Virus record (IMG/VR): IMGVR_UViG_3300044970_001522
Coordinates: 86,278-150,277 of that record
DNA length: 64,000 nt
Direction: 5' to 3' (one strand)
From: a virus
Taxonomy: Duplodnaviria; Heunggongvirae; Uroviricota; Caudoviricetes
Position 1 is the first letter of the stretch; each line of letters opens with the position of its first letter. The position numbers and the translations under genes were made by a program. This document shows positions 46,095-55,872 of the stretch, one piece after another. The notes beneath the pieces were generated by a model. That model did not search any database. It saw nothing but the letters and a program-made list of their open reading frames with translations, and was not told where the DNA came from.

Positions 46095-47174
46095 ATGTCA
46101 GTTCCGCAGATAAAGGAGGCCATACTCTCAGCACCAAGTACGGTTGTCCTATACTTCGATAGCCCACTTGACACTCGGGTCAGTGTCCCCATAAGTTCTT
46201 TCACTGTGAACTACGGCCAGTACGGAGTAGAGACATTCGTGTACTCCTCGGACACAATGGTATCCCTTGGGCTAGACAGCTGCTTGTCTGCGTGGGACGA
46301 GGTATTTGTTTCCTACGAGCCTCCCGTCGCCTTAGCCTCTTGCATGAGGGGGCCAGTTCCCTCCACAGCTAGTGATGTTGTAAAGAAAAGAAACGCAGTA
46401 CGAGGCTTTTACCGAGTTTCGGTCCGAAACACGCTCACACCGAGCGAACAAACGGAAAGCTCTCGCAAGGGTTCCAACCTTGGGCAGACTATTGGCGGTT
46501 ACGGCTATCCGCATCAAGATCGCTCAGGTGTTTTAACGCCAAACAGGTCCGACCCACGAAGTGCGTCGCCCGACGACTTCATTATCGCGTACGGACTCAA
46601 AGAGGCCATACAACTTACGAACATTGACGACGCGAGTGCAAACTCGGTGAATGTTGCCAAGATGCGAATGGCAATCGAGGATGCAAACGCTCTCATAGAC
46701 TCATACATTGAGCAGTCAGGGAAAGCGGGAAAGGTGCTAATTACGAGCAATCGTCGGCGAACAGCACTGATTATAGCCCGATACTACCTGGATAATGTCC
46801 GGCGAAGAGAAGATGTTTTCAAGGATTACACCGAAGCACTAAAACAACTCGACGCTGAACGAGAAATGACTTCGGTTCGTGCGGGCCACGGTGACTCAGC
46901 TATTGACACCAAGGCAGGAATCATGCGCTCCTGGCGTGTCCCGCAGCGGTACAACGGGGTTTCGGGAAAAGGTTTCGGAGGGTGGAATACGGACATGGCG
47001 GGAGACCAGGCTCCGGACTTTCGTGCTGGTTTCGGGGCAACGGGGCAAAACAACTCTGAAACTAACTGGATCTCAGCACGAAACTACGAAGACTTAGGTG
47101 GGACTCCACAAATTACAGAGCCGAACGACGCAGGCGGCTATCGCGTTAACGGCTCTGATACGATCTACCCTTAA
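46095..47174 (+). CDS. head-tail adaptor (Mu gp36/DUF1320-like) with N-terminal SwmB-like Ig domain
   Basis: VVLYFDSPLD...SSFTV N-domain; AIEDANALIDSYI...IARYYL...DYTEALKQL. Confidence 0.75.
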   Translation: MSVPQIKEAILSAPSTVVLYFDSPLDTRVSVPISSFTVNYGQYGVETFVYSSDTMVSLGLDSCLSAWDEVFVSYEPPVALASCMRGPVPSTASDVVKKRNAVRGFYRVSVRNTLTPSEQTESSRKGSNLGQTIGGYGYPHQDRSGVLTPNRSDPRSASPDDFIIAYGLKEAIQLTNIDDASANSVNVAKMRMAIEDANALIDSYIEQSGKAGKVLITSNRRRTALIIARYYLDNVRRREDVFKDYTEALKQLDAEREMTSVRAGHGDSAIDTKAGIMRSWRVPQRYNGVSGKGFGGWNTDMAGDQAPDFRAGFGATGQNNSETNWISARNYEDLGGTPQITEPNDAGGYRVNGSDTIYP

Positions 47175-47186
47175 ATCCTAACCTAA

Positions 47187-48410
47187 ATGGAACTGAATAC
47201 AATAACTAAAATAGAGCAATTCCTCTGCGACTCTCTTATTGCATCCCCCCTCATACCAATTGGGGTTAATGTATTGCGTTTGGCTGACGCGGTTGAGAAT
47301 GAGGGCGTTGTAACTCAGACGAACAACATTGTTGTGCGCTACGAAAGCTCAACAAGCAATGTTAAGAACCGAGTGCCTTTCATATACGAAGACACTCTCA
47401 ATTTTGAGCTTAACTTTTCGTGCCAAAACTACCTGACGAGCTCAGGACACGACTTTGCCACGCAACTCCTCATGGGCGCAAAGATCACACTATCGGGGAG
47501 TGCCCCTTCGGGTGCTTACGTGCAAGTTTTGGAACCTTTTCGATGCTCTACGTCCCAGTTCACAGGCTTAAGCCCGGAGTCCCAGTACACCTACACTCAA
47601 AACTGGTCCGTAACTATCGAGGAAACCCTACCATACATAGCACTCGACCCCTGTGTTCAACGCGGTGACTGCCGCCAAATTTTCCCCACTCGAAATGTCC
47701 TGACTTCTTTACCCTTAGCCGGTGTTCTCGATGAAGCAACGGGGTGTATTTATGTGCCATGGTACCCTGAGACGAACCCCCTAGATGCCGCACTCACAGA
47801 TGCACTCGGAGTGCAGTGGAGTGAGGAACTCACGCAGTCAGGGGATTGGGTCTATGTTCGCAGCCCGAGTGAAGTATTCCTCGAAGATCCTTTAAGTCAG
47901 CCGATCTACTTGCTAAGTAATAAGAATTTCACGGCGGACGGTCGCCTGGTTGTAACAATTTGGAACGCCACAACAAAGCAGCCCATAAAGGAAGTTTTCT
48001 ACGTTAACTCCGGGAAAAAGCTTGCTCGTTACGCTGTGGATCTTTGGAGGAACACGGTTTCTGGCGCAGCCAAGGGGGAAATAGACCCACTAAGTGTGAA
48101 GGATGCGTCGTGGTCGTCGGGACTCACCTACGGGGAGTTCGCAATTGTGAGGGGGGCGAACCGAACCCTGTACTCAGACCCCCTAGATCCGAACGGCAAG
48201 ACGCAAACTTTGATGGGTGGAACACTCGTCGGTGTAAAACCCGACACGTTTATTCAAACACCGCAGGGACGGTTCTACTTTGTAGCCCAGTCTCCGCAGG
48301 GTAAAGGTTGGTTGATACAAGATTCCTTCGAGCTTGCGTCGATTAATTCCTTGTGGAAACTCGGCTGCATTCCTTGTGAGGGTGGGCCAAATCCCCCAAG
48401 TCTCTGTTAA
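47187..48410 (+). CDS. tail terminator / Mu gp37-like protein with C-terminal extension
   Basis: Follows the adaptor; IEQFLCDSL...NFELNFSCQNYL. Confidence 0.5.
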   Translation: MELNTITKIEQFLCDSLIASPLIPIGVNVLRLADAVENEGVVTQTNNIVVRYESSTSNVKNRVPFIYEDTLNFELNFSCQNYLTSSGHDFATQLLMGAKITLSGSAPSGAYVQVLEPFRCSTSQFTGLSPESQYTYTQNWSVTIEETLPYIALDPCVQRGDCRQIFPTRNVLTSLPLAGVLDEATGCIYVPWYPETNPLDAALTDALGVQWSEELTQSGDWVYVRSPSEVFLEDPLSQPIYLLSNKNFTADGRLVVTIWNATTKQPIKEVFYVNSGKKLARYAVDLWRNTVSGAAKGEIDPLSVKDASWSSGLTYGEFAIVRGANRTLYSDPLDPNGKTQTLMGGTLVGVKPDTFIQTPQGRFYFVAQSPQGKGWLIQDSFELASINSLWKLGCIPCEGGPNPPSLC

Positions 48411-48412
48411 GT

Positions 48413-48565
48413 ATGGCAACTCCCGCACAACTCTGGGCACAGTACGACGTTGCTGTTAAGTCCAACAATTCGGCCTTGGCGCAGGCCATCCTTAAACAAT
48501 TGCAAAACTTCCGGAGTTATCCCACTTCAAACACCGGGTGCTCACGATGCAGAAAAACACTATGA
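48413..48565 (+). CDS. 50-aa hypothetical protein (not in ORF track)
   Basis: MATPAQLWAQYD...GCSRCRKTL; stop overlaps next ATG (ATGA). Confidence 0.55.
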   Translation: MATPAQLWAQYDVAVKSNNSALAQAILKQLQNFRSYPTSNTGCSRCRKTL

Positions 48566-48855
48566 CAACAACTTCGAACGACAAAATTCTGAGGCAGAAA
48601 GAGACCCTTGCCGCAGCAGCATTGCAGGTTGCTGAAGACGCTCTTGAGCTACTTCAAGACCACTTAGAGGAATGCAGCACTCGAGATCTTGTGACCGTGT
48701 TTAACTCGGCTGTGAAAGCGCACCGCGAGATTGTGTCGGATATTGTGAGTTTGACCGAAACAGAGAGTAAGGGGGAACAAGATCTAGCCAAAGAGTACGG
48801 ACCGACCGTTGAAAAGTTACTAAACAAGCTAAAGCCTAAAAGTCAAAAAGAATGA
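48562..48855 (+). CDS. putative terminase small subunit
   Basis: Helical 97-aa protein coupled by ATGA to TerL. Confidence 0.55.
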   Translation: MTTTSNDKILRQKETLAAAALQVAEDALELLQDHLEECSTRDLVTVFNSAVKAHREIVSDIVSLTETESKGEQDLAKEYGPTVEKLLNKLKPKSQKE

Positions 48856-50642
48856 GCTATAACCGACCCGTAATAACGCACGTGTCTCAACTTGACGAGT
48901 ACTCGTCTTGGCGAGACTACCAAAGGGGCTTAAGGGAGCTCGTCCTTCTTGAGGCACCGCGCTCGGTGGTTTCTGAGTACCGCTATCAGGCTGCTCGAGA
49001 ATGCTTTCTTGCCTTCTGCGATATAATGAAGGCAGGCGACCTTAACGTGTCCGAGTTTCACGAGATTATAGGATCTGGCTTTGAGGACCTGGCAAATAGG
49101 AGGTACAAGAGACTAATCGTTTCTTGCCCCCCTCGCTCAGGGAAGTCGATGCTGGCGACTATGTTCTTGGCATGGTTGCTGGGCAGGGACCAAAAGACAC
49201 AGCATGTTATAGCTTCTTACGGAGCTTCGCTGTCTTTCAAGTTCCACAGGGAAACTGTCCAGATGCTGAAGTCAAAGGAGTTTAAAAGAATATTCCCCGA
49301 GTGGATGGGGTTCAGCCCGGAATCGAAATACGATATGATTGGCGGGGGGTACATCCTTGCAACGTCTGTGGGTGGAGTCCTAACTGGCTTTACAGCGGGT
49401 ACAACGGACATGGAGAGCCCTGGCGTGGGGGCAATGGTGATAGACGACCCTTTAAAATCATCGGACTCGAAGCAGGCGCTAGACAACCTTGAGTCATGGT
49501 GGCAGGAGCAGGCGTCTACCCGAAGAACCAACCACTTTTGCCAAATGGTGATCGCGACTCGCTTCCACGAAAAAGACCTTCACGGGGTCTTAATGGACGG
49601 GGACGGTTTTCTAGACCTAGACGGGAACGGAGTAGACTGGGTAGCTGATGACGGGGATTTCGGATGGAGGTGGATAAACATAGCCGGGCTCTGTGAGGAC
49701 CCTGACAATGACCCTCTAGGTAGAGAGATGGGGGAGAGCCACTGGCCCGACAACCCCGCTTTCTCTGTTCCGATGCTTGAGTCCCAGAAAAAGATAATGG
49801 GTAGCTTTAAGTTCGCAGCACTGTACCAAGGGGTTCCTGTATCGGCTGAGGGGCAGATTGTAAAGAGTAGCTGGGTTAAGGTTATAGAGGAGAAAGACTG
49901 CCCCCCCTTGGACGTTGTATGGTTTGGAGTTGACTGCGCTTTCTCCGAGCGAGAGAAAGCTGATGAGAGCGCAATATGCGTCGCTGGTGTAAACACACGT
50001 AACCCCGACGTTGTATACATTCGTGAGATTGTTAAAGGAAAGTGGGGTTTTCCCGACTTAATTGAATCGGTAAAGCAGCATTACGCTTTGTACAGCGCAA
50101 AAGTTCTATGCATTGAGAAAGCTGCATCAGGGCACTCCCTCATTCAAATGCTGAAGCGAGAGGCTAAGATACCTATCGAGGAAATGAGGCCGCTGAAGTC
50201 AAAAACGACTCGCCTCCAGGCAGTCTGCCCTTTACTCGAAAACCACCGCGTTATACTGGTGCGGGGCCTATGGACCGATGCTTTCATAAAAGAACTAACG
50301 TCTTTCCCGTACGTTCGACACGACGATAGTACTGACGCCATGGTATGGGCGCTAACTTATTACTCGCTCAAAATTGACTCCGTTGACCGGGGTATACAAG
50401 ACTCGATCATTCAGAGTCGAAAATGGGCTGGTGCCCTACGCAGACCAATGTTTCGGGATGGTCACTCTTACGGTGGGCTTTTCGAAGAGCGAAGTGTTTC
50501 GGTCGGGGGCCGAAGAGCTCCCCGCAGTATGGGCTTCAACGACCCTGATCCTCAGTCTGCCGAGGTACCTGATAGGGGTATTTTCCGAGGTGGCCGCAGC
50601 CGGGGTCTTCGAAGTGGATCCGGCTACGACCTTTTTAATTAA
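48852..50642 (+). CDS. terL: terminase large subunit
   Basis: CPPRSGKS Walker A, VIDDP Walker B, IATRFHEKDL, ALYQG.P, FGVDCA, ADESA, HDDSTDA nuclease residues. Confidence 0.93.
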   Translation: MSYNRPVITHVSQLDEYSSWRDYQRGLRELVLLEAPRSVVSEYRYQAARECFLAFCDIMKAGDLNVSEFHEIIGSGFEDLANRRYKRLIVSCPPRSGKSMLATMFLAWLLGRDQKTQHVIASYGASLSFKFHRETVQMLKSKEFKRIFPEWMGFSPESKYDMIGGGYILATSVGGVLTGFTAGTTDMESPGVGAMVIDDPLKSSDSKQALDNLESWWQEQASTRRTNHFCQMVIATRFHEKDLHGVLMDGDGFLDLDGNGVDWVADDGDFGWRWINIAGLCEDPDNDPLGREMGESHWPDNPAFSVPMLESQKKIMGSFKFAALYQGVPVSAEGQIVKSSWVKVIEEKDCPPLDVVWFGVDCAFSEREKADESAICVAGVNTRNPDVVYIREIVKGKWGFPDLIESVKQHYALYSAKVLCIEKAASGHSLIQMLKREAKIPIEEMRPLKSKTTRLQAVCPLLENHRVILVRGLWTDAFIKELTSFPYVRHDDSTDAMVWALTYYSLKIDSVDRGIQDSIIQSRKWAGALRRPMFRDGHSYGGLFEERSVSVGGRRAPRSMGFNDPDPQSAEVPDRGIFRGGRSRGLRSGSGYDLFN

Positions 50643-50675
50643 CTCTATACAAGACAACACAAACACAACCACAGG

Positions 50676-52094
50676 ATGTCACTTAAACACCAAAAATTAA
50701 CGCACGCTTCCCAATTAGCGGAGCACTCAAGCTGGAGGAGCTACCAAAGAAAACTCCTTGAGCTGAAACTTGAAGGGTTACCTCGAGAAGCGTTCGCCAA
50801 GGAAAGTGCGAAAAGTAGCTTTCTTGCTTTCTGCGATCTTGTTTCCGATGCAGGAGGCTTCTCACTCGAAAGTGCGCCGCTCGACGCAAAGGCGTACGAA
50901 GTGGTGGGTTCCGCATTTGAGGATATTGCCGAGGGAAGGTACCCGGTTCTCCTCGTGTCGATGCCACCGCGCACAGGGAAAACCACTCTAGGGGTTCACT
51001 TGCTGTCCTGGCTGCTTAGCAAAGACCCCATGGCTAGCCACTTTGTAACCTCGTACACACAGGATCTTGCCGCGTCGGTAGTTCACAAGACTAAGCATAT
51101 GGTTCAGTCCTCCCCGTTCCGGACGTACTCCTCTGTGGTTCCCCCGCTTGCATCGTTTCATGTTTTACCAGTCTCCTTTGGGGGGTATGTGTTGCGGGGC
51201 TATTACGGTAGCTTATACGAAACGCCAGGCGTATGGCTAATCGATGACTGCCACAACGGCGTGTCGGACGGAAGTGTCAACAAGAAACAGATACGCGAAA
51301 TAGAAGACCATTGCGTAGGCAAGAGTGCCACAGTCGTTCTCGGGTCTCGATTAGGCGAGGGAGACATTTTCAGCTACTTTCTGGAAAAGTACGGAGTCTT
51401 TGACCCAGTCTCAAATCCGAAAGGAGCCGTTCACATTAACTTGTCCGCCATCATTGAGAGCGAAGAAGAAGCCAAGGCTGACATCCTCGGCAGGAAACCT
51501 GGACAGAGCATCAATGATGCTAACACCACATTTAGCCCAAAGAATCTACAGGACTTGCGGAAAACAATGGGGGATGTAAAGTTCTCGTGGTTGTACAAAG
51601 GGGTGCTCTCCACTGGGTTCGGAGTCTGCTCCGAGGTACCCCCTCTAGATAAGGTCATTATCTCTATTGACCCCTCTTGCTCGCCAGGCAACGCGGATAT
51701 GACTGGGATTTGTGTGGCTGGATCCACGAAGGAAAAGGACTGTGTGTACGTTCTCGACGCGTACCAGGCCAACTGGGACTTGGAGACTGTTGGCGTAATT
51801 GTTTCTCTAGCCGCTAAAGCCTACGGTGTTACAGAAGTTGTTATCGAGTCGTCCATGGCGAGTGAACACTGGAGTCAGTACCTACAGAAGCTAGGCCTAC
51901 CTGTTCGAGTGAGCAAGGAGAGAGTGGTGGCTAAGGCACTTGCGATCAATCTAATGGTAAAGTCGGGGAAAGTAGCATCCAACTCAGATATACACAACGT
52001 GTTGTTTAAAAGTTGGGAGTGCATTGGATCGTACTCAGATATAATGGACGCTATTTTGGTTAGCTTCATGGAACTACTTCCACCTTCTGTTTAA
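50676..52094 (+). CDS. second, diverged terminase large subunit paralogue
   Basis: N-terminus parallels TerL1 (THASQLAEHSSWRSYQR vs THVSQLDEYSSWRDYQR); MPPRTGKT, LIDD, ISIDPS, ADMTG, DIMDA. Confidence 0.8.
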   Translation: MSLKHQKLTHASQLAEHSSWRSYQRKLLELKLEGLPREAFAKESAKSSFLAFCDLVSDAGGFSLESAPLDAKAYEVVGSAFEDIAEGRYPVLLVSMPPRTGKTTLGVHLLSWLLSKDPMASHFVTSYTQDLAASVVHKTKHMVQSSPFRTYSSVVPPLASFHVLPVSFGGYVLRGYYGSLYETPGVWLIDDCHNGVSDGSVNKKQIREIEDHCVGKSATVVLGSRLGEGDIFSYFLEKYGVFDPVSNPKGAVHINLSAIIESEEEAKADILGRKPGQSINDANTTFSPKNLQDLRKTMGDVKFSWLYKGVLSTGFGVCSEVPPLDKVIISIDPSCSPGNADMTGICVAGSTKEKDCVYVLDAYQANWDLETVGVIVSLAAKAYGVTEVVIESSMASEHWSQYLQKLGLPVRVSKERVVAKALAINLMVKSGKVASNSDIHNVLFKSWECIGSYSDIMDAILVSFMELLPPSV

Positions 52095-52156
52095 TTCCGG
52101 TGTAGATTGCGATTCGCAACCGCACAAAAAGTTGCTGTTGTTTCTCAACAGTTAAA

Positions 52157-52360
52157 ATGGCTATTTCACCAACGGATAAAAACACTGCAATAATGCAGGA
52201 GCTGCACGGGACTCGTTGTCTCATCACAAGTCCTTCCTCGGACAAGTACCTTGACCAAGCTAAGAAAAGACCCCAGTGTGTGATCCCAGAAGACTCCTAC
52301 TCTCGGTGGTGTGGCGGGGCCGACGGTTTTGATCTATTCGTAGAAAGGGTTCACGAGTGA
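52157..52360 (+). CDS. hypothetical protein
   Basis: 67-aa ORF. Confidence 0.6.
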   Translation: MAISPTDKNTAIMQELHGTRCLITSPSSDKYLDQAKKRPQCVIPEDSYSRWCGGADGFDLFVERVHE

Positions 52361-52535
52361 GTTGAACGCCACACTTCAGTCAAAAAAAGGGGGGGGGCCA
52401 GCGGGTAAAGTCACTCGTAGGGTTTCCCTTTCACAATAAGCTCTACCAAACGTTTCGAAGAGGGAGAAGGATTATGTAGTCCTGGTTATCAACGAAGAAT
52501 ACAAGCTATCCACTGTTGTCAAATCCTCTTATACC

Positions 52536-53258
52536 ATGTTGAAAAGTCGAGACAAGCGCAAGTCACGTCGCGCTGAAACAGCTCAAACGGTCGAACGTTC
52601 CTACGGCAGGGGTATGGATGTCATACCCTTCTACTCAAAGTCTGACCGCCAAGAAGATCTTTGGACTTCCTTAAACAAAAATACAGTCACCATAGCTATT
52701 GGACCCTCCGGAGTTGGAAAAACTCTTGTGGCTCTTTGGTGGGGTTTGACTGAGATTTCAAAGGGTAATATACAGAAAGTTTACTACATTCGAAGTGATG
52801 TAGGATGCTCTCATCAAAGAAGTAGGGGTGCCTTGCCTGGAACGCTTGAGGAAAAGATGAAACCTCTTGTTGGGCCAGTATACGACAATTTGGTTGTAAT
52901 GACTAAGAGTAGGGGGGCTGCTGACTACTTGGTTGATAAGAAAATTGTAGAGCCCACTCTTCTAGAGGACTTACGGGGAAGATCGCTAAATGAGTGTCTG
53001 ATTCTTTTTGATGAGGCTCAGAACTCTATGCCCGAAAACGTCAAAACCGTCATTAGTAGGGTTGGAAAAGATTCAAAAGTTATCATTACAGGGGACACTA
53101 GACAAATTGACCTCGATGTGTTTAAACCTGAAAACGGACTCTTAGACTGCTACCATCGACTTTCCTCCATTCGGGGTGTAGGGAGAGTTAAGTTTGAAAG
53201 GGAAGATATTGTAAGAAATGGGATTATAGCGGAAATCCTGGAGGCTTACGAGGCTTAG
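52536..53258 (+). CDS. phoH: PhoH-family ATPase
   Basis: IGPSGVGKT, LPGTLEEK, LRGRSL, DEAQN, ITGDTRQIDL, DIVR. Confidence 0.93.
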   Translation: MLKSRDKRKSRRAETAQTVERSYGRGMDVIPFYSKSDRQEDLWTSLNKNTVTIAIGPSGVGKTLVALWWGLTEISKGNIQKVYYIRSDVGCSHQRSRGALPGTLEEKMKPLVGPVYDNLVVMTKSRGAADYLVDKKIVEPTLLEDLRGRSLNECLILFDEAQNSMPENVKTVISRVGKDSKVIITGDTRQIDLDVFKPENGLLDCYHRLSSIRGVGRVKFEREDIVRNGIIAEILEAYEA

Positions 53259-53294
53259 TAATTCGTACCTTAGCTAGGTAACACGACTGAGACA

Positions 53295-53319
53295 AGGGGC
53301 CGAAAGGCCCCTCTTTTTT
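53295..53319 (+). terminator. intrinsic terminator after phoH
   Basis: AGGGGCC-GAAA-GGCCCCT then T run. Confidence 0.85.
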
Positions 53320-53410
53320 CGGGGCAGGTTGAGGGTAAAATTCATCATAGCCAGCAAAACAATAGCACCGTGATTTGTGCCCCGCCAAAGCCCAGCCCTG
53401 AGGCAAAACC

Positions 53411-53746
53411 ATGAGGAGAGACACTCGCTTCCCTCGCCCCGACCGCTTGGCCTTAGAACAAAGCCTGCCACCTGGCTCCCTCAGCCACCCTCAATCCTAC
53501 GGGGTATGGTCCGTTTTCTTGCAGTGTGACGACCCCTCAGATGTTGCACACAAGTTTCGTTCCTACCGCGACAGCAACCTGTGCACAATCCCCCGCGAAC
53601 AACTCCGAGCAATGCGAGACACTTTGATTCTTGGTATGAGAGAGTCGAACAAAGCATCAGCAAAACCACTCAAGGAAAAGCAAAAGGGCCGGCATTACGC
53701 CGACTACAATAAAGAATGGGTGGAAAAGCCCCGTAATGGAGCCTAA
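53411..53746 (+). CDS. hypothetical late protein
   Basis: GGGTAAAA at 53333 upstream. Confidence 0.65.
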   Translation: MRRDTRFPRPDRLALEQSLPPGSLSHPQSYGVWSVFLQCDDPSDVAHKFRSYRDSNLCTIPREQLRAMRDTLILGMRESNKASAKPLKEKQKGRHYADYNKEWVEKPRNGA

Positions 53747-53748
53747 CT

Positions 53749-54114
53749 GTGCTAAAGACCAAGGACAAAATTGAGAAGCTGTACCGCGTACCTTGCGGTC
53801 CGATGGACATATCCGCCAACGCTATCTGCCGCCGATCACTTCGAGATCACTTCGACAAATTGCTGGACCGTTTGACCGTTGAGGTTAACCCAAATCCTGC
53901 TGCCCCGGCGAAGCTACAAAGCGACCTTGAAGTTACCGCAGATGGACGACTTATTGAAAAGTCTGAAGAGACCCAAGAAGAACGCAAGAGAAAGCTTATC
54001 GAGGAAGGAAAGTTCCGCGCCGATGTCCAGTCCGAGATCAAAAAATACCGAGAGAACCTCCAAGGTAACGGGAAATTGCTGCAGGATGTTTCAGGCAAGT
54101 ACGAATCGATCTAA
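53749..54114 (+). CDS. hypothetical late protein
   Basis: 121-aa ORF. Confidence 0.6.
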   Translation: MLKTKDKIEKLYRVPCGPMDISANAICRRSLRDHFDKLLDRLTVEVNPNPAAPAKLQSDLEVTADGRLIEKSEETQEERKRKLIEEGKFRADVQSEIKKYRENLQGNGKLLQDVSGKYESI

Positions 54115-54155
54115 GGTAGGCGGAGGGTAAAGTTTAGCAGTCCACAAACCATACA

Positions 54156-54755
54156 ATGTCCAACAGAATCAACGGTGACTTTGACTCTGACTCAATTGAG
54201 GCGTTCAGAGCCGCCTACGCAGCGCAGATCCTCGAGCCAGAAGACCAAGAGACAGATAAATACACGGGCCTTCCCACTAACCTAGTTCTAAACACTTCGC
54301 CATGGATTCAGCACACTGGTCTGTGGAAGGCGAACGACGGGTCAAATAAGGACTTTCAAGCAAATCAAGTTCTTGTACCGGGAGTTGAAGAGCCTGGGGA
54401 AGAGCTCTCCGATGAAGAGCTTGAAGAGCTTATTGACCAGCTTCTTGCAGAGGGCGACGATCTTTCTGAGGGCTCACTCGAAGAGGACGACTACGACGAT
54501 GACGCTTACTTTGACATAGGGGAAGAGGGGGAGCCGGAGCTTACCGACGACGAAGTAGAACGGTTAATTGACGAGCTCTTGAGCGAAGAATCCGAGCTGG
54601 ATGAGTCGGACGAACTGGAAGAACTGGAAGACGACTATGACGAAGAGCTATCTGACGAAGATATTGACCGCATAGTGGACGAACTCTTGAGCGAAAGCGA
54701 AGACGAACTCTTCGAAGACGACCTTGACTCTGACCTTGACTCTGACCTTGACTAA
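54156..54755 (+). CDS. highly acidic repeat protein (putative head-internal)
   Basis: Three ELxDE(E/D)xxxxxDxLLxE repeats; ends in tandem gaccttgactct units at 54720-54752. Confidence 0.7.
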   Translation: MSNRINGDFDSDSIEAFRAAYAAQILEPEDQETDKYTGLPTNLVLNTSPWIQHTGLWKANDGSNKDFQANQVLVPGVEEPGEELSDEELEELIDQLLAEGDDLSEGSLEEDDYDDDAYFDIGEEGEPELTDDEVERLIDELLSEESELDESDELEELEDDYDEELSDEDIDRIVDELLSESEDELFEDDLDSDLDSDLD

Positions 54756-54767
54756 GGGGAACAATCA

Positions 54768-55448
54768 GTGGGCAACCCTAGGAAAAAATGCACAGCAGGA
54801 AAGTCTTGCTCGGCAACTTGCATAAGCAAGGGTTTTAAGTGCGAGAAAAAGTTGCCGGCGTCAGTGAGCGACAGTCTCACACGTAACAGTGAAAAGTTGC
54901 TGCACCTTGGGGAGCATGTTGGGGCCAACGTAACTTCCTGGAAAGTTGGGAAAGTTGTTGGCCCCCTGGTATCAAAGTACCTAGAAACTCGCTACGGCAT
55001 ACCCCCAGAAACCACAGAAAAGTTATCAGAGACTATTATTCAAGCGGTGGTTGCCACGGGACTTCACTCTCGACATTTAAGGTCGAGTGAGGACTTTGTA
55101 AGGGACCTGCTCACAGAAGCTTCTGCCGCGTTCCTGGGAAAAAGTGCCCACTCGGGTGTGGACAGTTTTCTAACCAGCCAGGAAAGTCGTGAGATCGTCC
55201 AACAAGCTTTGCCCCTACTTGCAGGAAAGTTCACTGGTATTGGAGCGGCGTTTGCAGGGTCAAAACTTCCCAAAGTGGCCCAAATTTCGGGCGCCATATC
55301 ACGAAAGTACAACTCCGACCTTTTGAAGCTTCAGAAGCTTTTTAGAAGCTCTGAGGAGTCCTTTTCTGAGCAGACCGACCAAGCAACCTCAGCTAAGTTT
55401 CTCGGAGACCTTTCTCTTCTCTCGGTTTTACTGTCCTTGAACGGGTAA
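54768..55448 (+). CDS. putative virion cargo protein with N-terminal Cys module
   Basis: KKCTAGKSCSATCISKGFKC shared with 59987 ORF; helical amphipathic body. Confidence 0.65.
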   Translation: MGNPRKKCTAGKSCSATCISKGFKCEKKLPASVSDSLTRNSEKLLHLGEHVGANVTSWKVGKVVGPLVSKYLETRYGIPPETTEKLSETIIQAVVATGLHSRHLRSSEDFVRDLLTEASAAFLGKSAHSGVDSFLTSQESREIVQQALPLLAGKFTGIGAAFAGSKLPKVAQISGAISRKYNSDLLKLQKLFRSSEESFSEQTDQATSAKFLGDLSLLSVLLSLNG

Positions 55449-55465
55449 AACTGTTTACTGGCAAA

Positions 55466-55792
55466 GTGAGCATGACCCAATTCAACGAGAGAGCTCTACT
55501 TATTCGAGCATTAGCGGGTATCTTCCTGGTTCAATTTATAATTGTAGGGTATCAAACGTGGTCCTGCCAATCCTATGCAGAACGTGACAAAGACTCCACA
55601 AAAGTAACCCTCATCTGTAACAATGCGACCAACACATTTAACGAGACCGGGAAGCTAGCACTCACTACAATTTTAGCACTTTTGGTCCCTTCTTCAGGGC
55701 AAAATGTTTCAGAAATAATTTCAACTGTGCGAGGGGGCCGCAAGCGCAAGACCAAACAAGATGACAACCTGGACGAAGAAAGTAAGGTCTAA
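55466..55792 (+). CDS. small two-TM membrane protein (holin/spanin-like candidate)
   Basis: Two hydrophobic helices, basic C-terminus. Confidence 0.5.
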   Translation: MSMTQFNERALLIRALAGIFLVQFIIVGYQTWSCQSYAERDKDSTKVTLICNNATNTFNETGKLALTTILALLVPSSGQNVSEIISTVRGGRKRKTKQDDNLDEESKV

Positions 55793-55872
55793 GGTTCCCG
55801 TGGATAAGTAAACCCCGGAGTCCGTTTCTAAGCGAAAAAGAGGGTAAAGTTTAGTATCAACGTAAGACCCCT

